Source of the DNA: Promethearchaeum syntrophicum | GTDB lineage: Archaea; Asgardarchaeota; Lokiarchaeia; Sigyniarchaeales; Promethearchaeaceae | Reading direction: 5' to 3' | NCBI RefSeq assembly: GCF_008000775.2 | Contig: NZ_CP042905.2 | Location: forward strand, 780,001 to 812,000 | DNA length: 32,000 bases | Shown: piece after piece, positions 18,225 to 26,508 of the stretch | Position numbering within the stretch: the stretch's first letter is position 1 | How the letters are laid out: each line of letters starts with the position of its first letter | Position numbers and translations under genes: made by a program | Notes under the pieces: generated by a model | Told to the model about the DNA's origin: nothing | Databases searched by the model: none | Seen by the model: only the letters and a program-made list of their open reading frames with translations

Positions 18225-18620
18225 TCACAATGTATCTTTATAATTCTCAAATATTCGTTTAATTTCATCAGTAATATCTTCCTTTTTCAATTTTCTTTTG
18301 ATGTAATTAAGAATCTGGTTTTCCATTTGGTCAGAATCAGGGATAATATCCTTTTTCGCAATGGCTGCTCTGATTTCAATCAAATCTCGTTCTATTTTTT
18401 CGATATGATCTGATTGTTCGGAATTTTGTTGTAATAATTCATCCATCAAGTTTGAATATTGTCCGGGATTTCTGATTTTGATATATTCATTAACAGCTTC
18501 TCTAATAAATGCAGATAAACTTTCCCTATTGTTATTTAATTCCCACCTAGTTAATTCTTCCTCAGAGATCGCTAAACTAATTCGTTTTTTAATTCGATTC
18601 TTTTTTTGAATTTCAGTCAT
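18225..18620 (-). CDS. Ribbon-helix-helix protein with coiled-coil tail
   Basis: 'KKRISLAISEEELTRWELNNNRESLSAFIREAVNEYI' RHH pattern followed by a charged heptad-like region. Confidence 0.65.
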   Translation of the reverse strand: MTEIQKKNRIKKRISLAISEEELTRWELNNNRESLSAFIREAVNEYIKIRNPGQYSNLMDELLQQNSEQSDHIEKIERDLIEIRAAIAKKDIIPDSDQMENQILNYIKRKLKKEDITDEIKRIFENYKDTL

Positions 18621-18705
18621 ACTTTCACATATTAATTCATACCATTTAATAAAAAATTAATGCTTTCATTAATTTCATTAATTAATCACTATTGGAATGA
18701 TTAAA

Positions 18706-19743
18706 ATGGCTGAAACTGAAACCAAAAAAAATACAAAAAAAGTTACTAAAAAAGTTACTAAAAAAGCTACTAAGAAAACAACCAAAAAAGCAACTAAAAA
18801 ATCCACTAAGAAACCAACAAAAAAAACAACCAAAAAAGTTGCAAAAGAAGAACCTTCAAAAGTTGATGTAGAAACTGAAGTTGATAATAAAGCTAAAGAA
18901 GAAGCTGAAAAGAAAAAGAAATTGAAAACTAAAAAGGTTAAAATTGGAGATATGGTCTCAGTTGATATTCGTGGAAAGACCATAGAACCTGAAGATCCAA
19001 AAAGAGAAATCGTTTTTCAAGCTTCAAATCCTGAGGATGCTCAAATGCTCCCAAATTACGATCCAAAGAAATTAGAGCAGTATGTTCCTGATTTAGCAAT
19101 TATTGGGAAACAAGGATTTATCACGGATAGTATTGATGCCGTAATTCAAGAAGGAATAAAATATTTTGAAGAAAAAATAATCCAACTTGAACCTGCAGAC
19201 GCTTTTGGTGAACGAGTAGGAAATAAAATTGAAAAAGTCAGCGCAAAACAATTTAAGAAAGATATGAATGAAGAACCAAGACCAGGAGCGACATACAAAG
19301 ATAAAAAAGGAAGATCGGGGACTGTTTTACGGGCCGCTCAGGGGCGACTCCTTGTAGATTTTAATCATCCACTTGCAGGAAGAAAAATCGAATATAAAAT
19401 TAAAGTAATTGATTGTATTGAGGGATTTGACAATCAAGTAAAGGCACTTTTGGGTAGACGCATGCCAGGTTTAGATACAATTTTGAATGAATTTAAGATT
19501 AAACATATTGAAAAGGAAAGTATTCTGGAAATTGAATTACCACAGATGTTTGTATATCAGATAGCTCAACAACAAGGTGGGCTTTATTTTAAAATGGGAG
19601 CAAGTATGGATATTCAAGAGCATTTAGGTATCGAAACAGTAAAATTTGTCGAGGTTTACGCTAAACCTCCAGTGCCTGAAGTCAATCATGATGAACACGA
19701 CCATGATCACCATAATCATGACCATGACCATAAAGAAAAATAA
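18706..19743 (+). CDS. FKBP/SlyD-type peptidyl-prolyl isomerase with H1-like Lys-rich N-terminal tail and His-rich C-terminus
   Basis: 'IGDMVSVDIRGKT', 'EKIIQLEPADAFGER', 'GRLLVDFNHPLAGRKIEYKIKVIDC'; ATG at 18706 preferred over 18697. Confidence 0.9.
   Translation: MAETETKKNTKKVTKKVTKKATKKTTKKATKKSTKKPTKKTTKKVAKEEPSKVDVETEVDNKAKEEAEKKKKLKTKKVKIGDMVSVDIRGKTIEPEDPKREIVFQASNPEDAQMLPNYDPKKLEQYVPDLAIIGKQGFITDSIDAVIQEGIKYFEEKIIQLEPADAFGERVGNKIEKVSAKQFKKDMNEEPRPGATYKDKKGRSGTVLRAAQGRLLVDFNHPLAGRKIEYKIKVIDCIEGFDNQVKALLGRRMPGLDTILNEFKIKHIEKESILEIELPQMFVYQIAQQQGGLYFKMGASMDIQEHLGIETVKFVEVYAKPPVPEVNHDEHDHDHHNHDHDHKEK
18724..18843 (+). repeat. Imperfect 12-nt coding repeat, about 10 units encoding KKxT
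   Basis: KKNT KKVT KKVT KKAT KKTT KKAT KKST KKPT KKTT KKVA read directly from the DNA. Confidence 0.9.
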
Positions 19744-19750
19744 TTTTAAT

Positions 19751-19767
19751 CTTTCTTTTTTTTTATC
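19751..19767 (+). terminator. Possible T-rich intrinsic archaeal terminator after the FKBP gene
   Basis: 'tctttctttttttttatc' directly downstream of the stop codon. Confidence 0.35.
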
Positions 19768-19805
19768 CCAAAATATTGTAAAATAGCAGTTGGACGTGAA
19801 CCCTA

Positions 19806-20642
19806 ATAACCAGTAAATTCATTGTAACAGACCTAGATGGAACGTTACTCGATCATCCTAAATATCTTTCAAAGAAATATGTTAAAGATTTGAACGAAAT
19901 GATAGACAAGGGATTAAAATTTACAATTGCTACAGGTCGAGATATGAAAAAAACCTTAAAAGCTATTCCAGATTTAAAACTTCCTTACCCATGTATTCTT
20001 ACAAATGGTGCTCTTCTTGCTGACTTAAAGACTCAAGAATTTTTAAAAATAACAAATATAAATCCAACAATAATTAATGAGATCTTGACTCTAAGCGATG
20101 AATTTAAAATTCCACCAATAGTTTTTGCAGTGTTTAATCCTAATTCTAAAAAGGTAACTTTTAATAAGGGAACTTGGGGATCTAAGGGAATTAAACCATT
20201 AGAAAGTGAACATTATCTCCCCTTTAAAGAACAGGATGTCGTAAGCATACAATTTCACACCAAAAAAGAACTTCTCGATCCTTTTAAAGATATAATATAT
20301 AAAAACTTCAAAAAAGAAACTAATTTAATCTATATAGAAGATGTAGCCTATAATGCTTTAGGTTATGAAGGAGAATGGTATTGGCTTGAAATAAATTCAC
20401 ATGAAGCGGGCAAAGCTCAAATGCTTCGTTATTTAACTGATCACTTAAATATTAAAATGCAAGATGTGGTTGCTTTTGGTGATAATCATAATGATATTGG
20501 AATGTTAAAAGCAGCTGGTTATGGAATTGCCATGAAAAATTCCCCTGCTGAATTAAAAGAGGTTGCTGATTATATTGCTCCAAGTAATGCTGACGGGGGA
20601 GTTATTACATATATTAAATCTCATATCGAAGAACTTTTATAA
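19806..20642 (+). CDS. HAD-superfamily hydrolase (Cof/phosphoglycolate-phosphatase type); 5' end uncertain
   Basis: In-frame sequence upstream of the track's TTG (19890) encodes 'SKFIVTDLDGTLLDHPKYLSKKYVKDL', i.e. HAD motif I; 'DVVAFGDNHNDIGMLKAAGYGIAMKNSPAELKEVADYIAPSNADGGV' is the C-terminal motif. The frame is open only from 19800. Confidence 0.88.
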   Translation: MTSKFIVTDLDGTLLDHPKYLSKKYVKDLNEMIDKGLKFTIATGRDMKKTLKAIPDLKLPYPCILTNGALLADLKTQEFLKITNINPTIINEILTLSDEFKIPPIVFAVFNPNSKKVTFNKGTWGSKGIKPLESEHYLPFKEQDVVSIQFHTKKELLDPFKDIIYKNFKKETNLIYIEDVAYNALGYEGEWYWLEINSHEAGKAQMLRYLTDHLNIKMQDVVAFGDNHNDIGMLKAAGYGIAMKNSPAELKEVADYIAPSNADGGVITYIKSHIEELL

Positions 20643-22022
20643 CTAAACAACCGGTTCATCTTCATCGCTTAATGATTTGAATTCTTCAAGTTTTTTAGAA
20701 AATTCATCAAAAGAACCTAACGATTTCAACGCTTCATCAATAACCTTATCTGCTTTAGATTTTATTGGATTTTTTTCGCTAGTCTTTATTTTTTTAGAGA
20801 TTGTCTTATGAGTCTTTTTTGGAGTTTTTTTTTTTTTACCTTCTATAACAGGTTTTACAATCTTAGCCTTATCTTTCTTTAACTTTAATTCCAAGTTTTT
20901 TATATCAAAATCGCTACCTACTTCTCCTTTGGTGACCTCCGAGAGACTTGCCATAATTTCATTTAAATCTTTTGCAGAACCAGTTCCAATATCAGTAGGA
21001 TAATAATTTCTTTCTTCCGGTGATGAATTTTCTGTAGAAATTGCATGGGTAGTTCCATTTTGCTTTTGTCTTTCGACATGTAAATTTTCACGGTTAATTT
21101 CAATTTTTTCTAACACATCTTCAAAATTATCCTTCAAATATTTCAAAGCAAAATTAATAATTTCATCAGAATTTCTCCATTTTCTCTCTTTTTGAACCAA
21201 TTTCTCAATCCAACTAAAAAGATTATAATCTAAACTGACATTGATTAATTTTGTTCCTTTATCAGTACTCGCTGTATCTAATAACCACATAAAGATATTT
21301 GCAATGAGATCTTGATTATTCAAAGCAAAAAAGCCATATGATGAAGATAACGATGAAAACATTGAAATTGTTGTTAAGGCAATGACTCTACCTTTATAAT
21401 AATTTAAAGCGAGAGACATAATGCTTCGTGGAGCATCTTCTTCTTCAGCCCATTGTTCTCCATTCCATATTGTATGAAAACTATTTAAACTTGTTTTACA
21501 TATTGGAATGGCTTTAATATTTTCATCTGCTTCAATGTAATCTAACAATTTAATACTACAAGCGCTTGATTGGACTATACTATCTATATTTCGGGTAATT
21601 AAATGAGGTTCGGTTTCATTTATTATAACCCGATTTTGTTGAGATAAGAAATTCATCGAATCGAACATGATATCTGAATTAAATTCAAACCCAAAATGTC
21701 TGGTTAAATCATTTAGGTTGGTGTTTGCGCCATAATCTCCGCCTTCATCATTAATAACTAATAAATTTCCTCCGTTTTTAATATAATCAACAATAACCTC
21801 TATCTCATTTGGTTGAAAAACGGTTTCTCGAGGACCACCAATAACACACATTTTATATTTCTTAAGTTTATCAACACTTGTAAAACCCGCTTGGATTTTA
21901 CCTAACGCAAATGAAGACCCAAAGAGATATTCCGTAAAGTCTGAATAACTGGGGGATTCAAGAGTTAGCGTGTTATTATGAGAGTAATCGAATACAATTG
22001 ATTTAGGATTTTTTTTAGTCAT
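20643..22022 (-). CDS. GIFT/IFT52-like domain protein with Lys-rich C-terminal tail
   Basis: 'YKMCVIGGPRETVFQPNEIEVIVDYIKNGGNLLVINDEGGDYGANTNLNDLTRHFGFEFNSDIMFDS' resembles the IFT52 N-terminal GIFT domain ('GPREKFT..E...L..YL..GGN.LV...EGGE....TN.N.LLE.YGI..N.D.V'). Confidence 0.6.
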   Translation of the reverse strand: MTKKNPKSIVFDYSHNNTLTLESPSYSDFTEYLFGSSFALGKIQAGFTSVDKLKKYKMCVIGGPRETVFQPNEIEVIVDYIKNGGNLLVINDEGGDYGANTNLNDLTRHFGFEFNSDIMFDSMNFLSQQNRVIINETEPHLITRNIDSIVQSSACSIKLLDYIEADENIKAIPICKTSLNSFHTIWNGEQWAEEEDAPRSIMSLALNYYKGRVIALTTISMFSSLSSSYGFFALNNQDLIANIFMWLLDTASTDKGTKLINVSLDYNLFSWIEKLVQKERKWRNSDEIINFALKYLKDNFEDVLEKIEINRENLHVERQKQNGTTHAISTENSSPEERNYYPTDIGTGSAKDLNEIMASLSEVTKGEVGSDFDIKNLELKLKKDKAKIVKPVIEGKKKKTPKKTHKTISKKIKTSEKNPIKSKADKVIDEALKSLGSFDEFSKKLEEFKSLSDEDEPVV

Positions 22023-22104
22023 CTATGTTTTTACCTAGAATTACATTACGTTTAAATTTAAAATAATTTTCCCTCAAAAGGTGTTTTTTTCAATTTTTCT
22101 TAAT

Positions 22105-22974
22105 TTAAAATAATTCCTTTTTCTTCACTAAAATTTCAATAACTACATGATATAAGTGGGGTTTATATATCTTAACAATTCTACGCTCAATTAATGATGT
22201 GAGAAATCCCTCCCGATTTGCAATTTCTGAAAATTCTCGAAAAAGCTCCGTTGATTCTTTCCCTTCTACTCCTTCATATACGATTACACCACCATTATTA
22301 TTGATCACAGATAAGGCAGACGAAATCGCATCAACAGGTGCGGGTAGTAATCCCATAATAATCCTATCTGCACAAATATTGTTTTCTTTCAGTTCGACTA
22401 TTTTTTCTTTACAATCTCCAAAAATAGGAGTAATTATTGAATCCACATGATTCAACCGAATGTTTTCACATAGATAATTGTATGCTTCAGGATTCCATTC
22501 AATAGAATAGATTTTTTTGGGTTTTTTGGTTCTTGCCATGCCCAATGAGAAATATCCTATCCCGGCAAACATATCAATGATTGTTTCTCCTTCTTTAATT
22601 CTTGTAGGCAGTATTCTTCTTTCGGTTACATTTCCTTTTGCAAACATAATCTTTGTAAAATCAAACTTATATCGAACGTGATTCTCTGTTAGAATTATCT
22701 CTGATTTTGGATCTCCCCATAAATGAGCCAGTCCTTGTGGTTGTCGAAATTTTCCTTGAATTTCACCAGATCTGTGCCAAATAGCTTTAAGAGATGGTAG
22801 AATTTCATGCATTGATTTAGCAATTTGATTAGCATATATTCGAAGTTCTGGTTTTAGATTTAAAATTGCTATATGATTTAATTCTTGATACCCTCGAGGC
22901 AATATATTTAAGAAGTTTTTTGGAAAATTTTCATCTTTTCTAAGTTCGATCTTAAGCATTTCTTTGAATTTCAT
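22105..22974 (-). CDS. taw2: TYW2/Taw2-like tRNA(Phe) 4-demethylwyosine aminocarboxypropyltransferase (Trm5/TYW2 family)
   Basis: 'FDFTKIMFAKGNVTERRIL', 'IIDMFAGIGYFSLGMA', 'IYSIEWNPEAYNYLCENIRLN'. Confidence 0.82.
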   Translation of the reverse strand: MKFKEMLKIELRKDENFPKNFLNILPRGYQELNHIAILNLKPELRIYANQIAKSMHEILPSLKAIWHRSGEIQGKFRQPQGLAHLWGDPKSEIILTENHVRYKFDFTKIMFAKGNVTERRILPTRIKEGETIIDMFAGIGYFSLGMARTKKPKKIYSIEWNPEAYNYLCENIRLNHVDSIITPIFGDCKEKIVELKENNICADRIIMGLLPAPVDAISSALSVINNNGGVIVYEGVEGKESTELFREFSEIANREGFLTSLIERRIVKIYKPHLYHVVIEILVKKKELF

Positions 22975-22983
22975 TAGTATCCC

Positions 22984-23352
22984 CTATTTAAAACCTACAA
23001 CTTCAATTTTATATTTAAGTTTTTCAACATTTTTTTTTAACTCTTTTAAAATTTGGTTTGCTCTTGATTTTGTTAAATTAAATTCCACCAAATCAGGTGA
23101 ATCATATGAAATACCCCCCACAATAAGTGTCCCTAATTCACACTCGATACAAATAGTGGAGTTCTCATAAAGTAGAGACTGAACTTTAGGGTAAATTTCT
23201 TCTCCGTATAAAAGTGAAACTATGTTTTCCATATCATTTTTTAAATAAAGATATGTGTATGGGTCAGATTTTAAAGAAAAAACTAGATATTGTTGATTTT
23301 TATGAATGAAATGCATAAATATCTTTTCGATATCGGGTTTTATATCTACCAT
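22984..23352 (-). CDS. Hypothetical protein, probably co-transcribed with taw2
   Basis: 122 aa ORF immediately upstream of taw2 (9-nt gap) with no recognised motif; the antisense ORF 22964-23170 is shorter. Confidence 0.55.
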   Translation of the reverse strand: MVDIKPDIEKIFMHFIHKNQQYLVFSLKSDPYTYLYLKNDMENIVSLLYGEEIYPKVQSLLYENSTICIECELGTLIVGGISYDSPDLVEFNLTKSRANQILKELKKNVEKLKYKIEVVGFK

Positions 23353-23540
23353 TATTAAATAACTTCAGTTTTTCTTCTATTTTCTATTTTTACATTTTTT
23401 GCGTTTTGAATAATAATCGGGTTGTTTATTATCAGAGAAATTTAAAAGATTTTTTTGTATAATCGTATTCCAACACAATATAGTGTTAAAAATCAATTTT
23501 TTTCTTTTTTCATAATTCTGAGGAGGAATTCGAAAAAACT

Positions 23541-23549
23541 TTTATAAAA
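23541..23549 (+). promoter_or_regulatory. Candidate archaeal TATA box for the OsmC-family gene
   Basis: 'aaaaaacttttataaaatt' (BRE-like A-rich then TTTATAAAA), about 65 nt upstream of the ORF start. Confidence 0.45.
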
Positions 23550-23612
23550 TTAACTACTAGGAACAATTGTTTTTGATCAATTATGAATAATTAATCATAA
23601 ACTAAAAAATTA

Positions 23613-24134
23613 GTGAGAATGATAAAAATGGTAAGTTTTAAAGAAACATATGAAGCTATAAAAGCTGATATCACAAAGGGTGAAAAAAATTTCAACGTCG
23701 AATGCACAATGTTGAAAGAGGGAATGCAAACTGAAGTAAAAATGGGTGCAAAACCACACATTGTAATTATTGATGCTCCCCCAGGCTTAGATGGAACTGA
23801 TATGGGTCCAAGTCCGTTATTGGCTATTTTAGGCTCAATTGGTGCGTGTATAATTGCAGTGACCAAATTTTGGAGCAAAATAATGAACATTCAGATCGAT
23901 GAAATGAAAGTATTCAGCCGAGGGCATTTAAATCTTGGAGCACTTTTTGGGATCAATGATGAAATGTTACCTGGTTATGATAAACTTGAACCAATTATTC
24001 GGATTAAGAGCCCTGAACCTGAAGAAAGAATTAAGGAAATGATGGAAAAAGTTTATACCCATTGTCCTGTCATTACAAACTTTAATGGAGCAACTCCTTT
24101 AAATTATACTTTAAAATACAGAAAATCCGAATAA
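23613..24134 (+). CDS. OsmC-family protein
   Basis: 'MGPSPLLAILGSIGACIIAV' and 'VYTHCPVITNF' supply the two OsmC-type Cys positions; the start may be the ATG at 23628. Confidence 0.8.
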   Translation: MRMIKMVSFKETYEAIKADITKGEKNFNVECTMLKEGMQTEVKMGAKPHIVIIDAPPGLDGTDMGPSPLLAILGSIGACIIAVTKFWSKIMNIQIDEMKVFSRGHLNLGALFGINDEMLPGYDKLEPIIRIKSPEPEERIKEMMEKVYTHCPVITNFNGATPLNYTLKYRKSE

Positions 24135-24205
24135 GTATTTGTTTTCCTATTCGCAATTTCTTTTCTTTTTTATTATTTCATTAAACATTTTGAATTGGTT
24201 CAAAT

Positions 24206-25771
24206 CTACCAATATCTTTTTAATGTAGTGTTTCGGACTACATCAGCTTTAGTGGGATAATCAAGTGTATAATGTGAACCTCGACTTTCTTTACGTGCCA
24301 TTGCACTTTCCACGATTAATCGTGCTACGGTTAGAAGATTTCGTAGTTCGATTAAATCGCTGGTAATTTTGAAATTCCAATAATAGGAATTTACCTCATC
24401 GTGAAGTAGTGTGATTCGGTGTCTAGCCCGTAGAAGGTAACTATCTGAACGAATAATTGAGGCATAATATTGCATGGTTGCTCGAATTTCTTGCCAATTT
24501 GAAGTGATTACAAAAGCTTCCTTGGAATCTTCAACATTATGAGAAATCCATTCATTGATTTCTAATTCACATAATGGCATATTTTTATAGGTTTGACCAA
24601 TATAATTCCCACATTCATACCCACATACCAGTCCTTCCAGCAAAGAATTGCTTGCTAATCGATTTGCTCCGTGAAGTCCAGTGTAAGTAGACTCTCCTAC
24701 AGCAAATAATCCCGGTACGGATGTTTTTCCTTCGACACTTGCTTTGATTCCACCGCAACAATAATGGGCTGCTGGAACTACGGGAATTGGATCGGTTGTA
24801 ATATCAATATTAAATTCCTTCGCTTTATGATAAGTGCCTGGAAATCTTTTTTTTATATATTTCGGATCTTTGAAAGATATATCTAAGTAAACATAATCAT
24901 CTCCAGTTTCTTTTAGAATTTTATCAATGGCTCGGGACACAATATCACGAGGTGCCAATTCTTTTTGAGGATGAATACCATCCATAAATCTATCTCCTTG
25001 AATTGTTTTCAATATAGCACCTTCCCCGCGTAGTGCTTCAGAAACAAGGAAATTTTTAGCAAGTGGGTGATAGAGACAAGTTGGATGGAATTGAATCATT
25101 TCCATGTTGGATATTTCTGCACCAATCCGCCAAGCCATTGCAATTCCATCACCCGAAGCTACATCGGGATTGCTCGTATAAAGATATACTTTTCCACAAC
25201 CTCCTGTAGCTAAAACTGTAGCTTTTGCTTGAATTGTATAAATTTTTTGATTTTTATTGTTTAGAACATATGCTCCTACACATTTCCCTTTTTTTTCAAT
25301 GAGATTAATTGCAACTTGTTCTGTTCGAAATTCTAAGTTTGGTAATGAGCGTGCTTTTTCAATTAATACCTCTAAAATTGAGCTTCCTGTGAGATCTCCC
25401 GTATGCAGAACTCGGCGAGTATGATGGCCACCTTCTTGACCTAAATCAAAATCACCATTACTTTTTTTATCAAAATTTACCCCCCATTCGATTAATTGTT
25501 GTAAACGTTCAGTTCCATGGTTAACTACAAATTCAACAACATCTTTATCGCAGAGGTCATCTCCGGCAATTAATGTATCTTGAATATGACCTTCATAATC
25601 TTTGCTCCATGGGCCCGAAGATGCAATTCCGCCTGCTGCATAAAATGTATTACTATCTTCATAACCACTTTTTAATAAAAGGAGGACTTTTCCAAATTTC
25701 TGTAATTCAATTGCAGTGGAAAGCCCAGAAATTCCTGCGCCGATTATAAGAAAATCGATTTTTTCGATCAT
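24206..25771 (-). CDS. nadB: L-aspartate oxidase NadB
   Basis: 'DFLIIGAGISGLSTAIEL', 'EGGHHTRRVLHTGDLTG', 'MIQFHPTCLYHP', 'LVSEALRGEGAIL', 'PVVPAAHYCCGGI', 'GLHGANRLASNSLLEGLV'. Confidence 0.95.
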   Translation of the reverse strand: MIEKIDFLIIGAGISGLSTAIELQKFGKVLLLLKSGYEDSNTFYAAGGIASSGPWSKDYEGHIQDTLIAGDDLCDKDVVEFVVNHGTERLQQLIEWGVNFDKKSNGDFDLGQEGGHHTRRVLHTGDLTGSSILEVLIEKARSLPNLEFRTEQVAINLIEKKGKCVGAYVLNNKNQKIYTIQAKATVLATGGCGKVYLYTSNPDVASGDGIAMAWRIGAEISNMEMIQFHPTCLYHPLAKNFLVSEALRGEGAILKTIQGDRFMDGIHPQKELAPRDIVSRAIDKILKETGDDYVYLDISFKDPKYIKKRFPGTYHKAKEFNIDITTDPIPVVPAAHYCCGGIKASVEGKTSVPGLFAVGESTYTGLHGANRLASNSLLEGLVCGYECGNYIGQTYKNMPLCELEINEWISHNVEDSKEAFVITSNWQEIRATMQYYASIIRSDSYLLRARHRITLLHDEVNSYYWNFKITSDLIELRNLLTVARLIVESAMARKESRGSHYTLDYPTKADVVRNTTLKRYW

Positions 25772-25852
25772 TAATTATATGTGCCATTTTGTTCTATAAA
25801 ACATAACCAAAAAAATAATATAAATCTAAAAGATAAATCTAGACTGATAGAT

Positions 25853-26212
25853 TTGATAAATATTAGCGTTATAGTTCAGCTATCTTCAATTCGACCAATT
25901 ATTAAGATGCCTCAGAATCTTAGGTTCCCGGATGGAACAAATGTAATTGATATTATTGGATATTTGGATGATAAGTATCAAAAAATAATTGAAAACGATA
26001 AAAAATCACATGCTATGGATTTTTTAGAAAAAAAAATTCGTTCCATTCTGCAATTACTATGGAATCCCGAAACAGAACAATTTTATGAAGATGTCGGTTT
26101 AGAGGCAAGATTGCCATCACAAACAGGAGATACGGTTCCAATTGAAAAAAATTGGCGCGTTGAAATACCGGATCAAACTTGGCTTGTTCTAACTCCTGAT
26201 GCTGGGTGTTGA
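25853..26212 (+). CDS. Putative ubiquitin-like/MoaD-ThiS-like beta-grasp protein with C-terminal AGC
   Basis: TTG at 25853 starts 'MINISVIVQLSSIRPIIKMPQNLRFPDGTNVIDIIGYLDDKYQ'; the C-terminus 'WRVEIPDQTWLVLTPDAGC*' mirrors 'V.l.dgdeV.llPPvaGG'. The track start at 25781 includes an improbable leader. Confidence 0.6.
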   Translation: MINISVIVQLSSIRPIIKMPQNLRFPDGTNVIDIIGYLDDKYQKIIENDKKSHAMDFLEKKIRSILQLLWNPETEQFYEDVGLEARLPSQTGDTVPIEKNWRVEIPDQTWLVLTPDAGC

Positions 26213-26221
26213 TGAAATACA

Positions 26222-26338
26222 ATGGGTGAACGGCTGGAACCAGATGATTTTATCTTAAAATTGGAACAAACTTTAGGAAAAATTAATCCTAACCATCCAA
26301 CATTGGAAATATATCGTCGAATTTATAACAAAAAGTAA
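26222..26338 (+). CDS. Possible 38-aa small protein downstream of the ubiquitin-like ORF
   Basis: ATG-TAA ORF 'MGERLEPDDFILKLEQTLGKINPNHPTLEIYRRIYNKK', 9 nt after the preceding stop; too short for the ORF track. Confidence 0.35.
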   Translation: MGERLEPDDFILKLEQTLGKINPNHPTLEIYRRIYNKK

Positions 26339-26508
26339 AAACATTATCGAATGATCATATTAAACAAACTTCGTTAATATGGGACGCTATTTGCACCATA
26401 GGATGATTTTACTTTCCTTTTTTTAAAAAATTTTCTAAAAATTAATTTTTTTACATTTCAGAAAATAAATTGTTAACCATTTTTATTTGATGTTAGAAAA
26501 AATGAATT

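Noticed and set aside
18678-18983. Minus-strand ORF with strikingly repetitive VFFVGFLVDFLVAFLVVFLVAFLV sequence
   Set aside because: It is the antisense of the AAA-rich KKxT repeat of the FKBP gene; the apparent membrane protein is a by-product of the repeat.
22199-23170. Plus-strand ORFs 22199-22450 and 22964-23170
   Set aside because: Antisense to taw2 and its neighbour; composition typical of shadow ORFs.
25781-25852. Track start of the ubiquitin-like ORF (MPFCSIKHNQKNNINLKDKSRLID)
   Set aside because: Extends back into the nadB promoter region and precedes the natural first beta strand; the TTG at 25853 gives a domain-consistent N-terminus.
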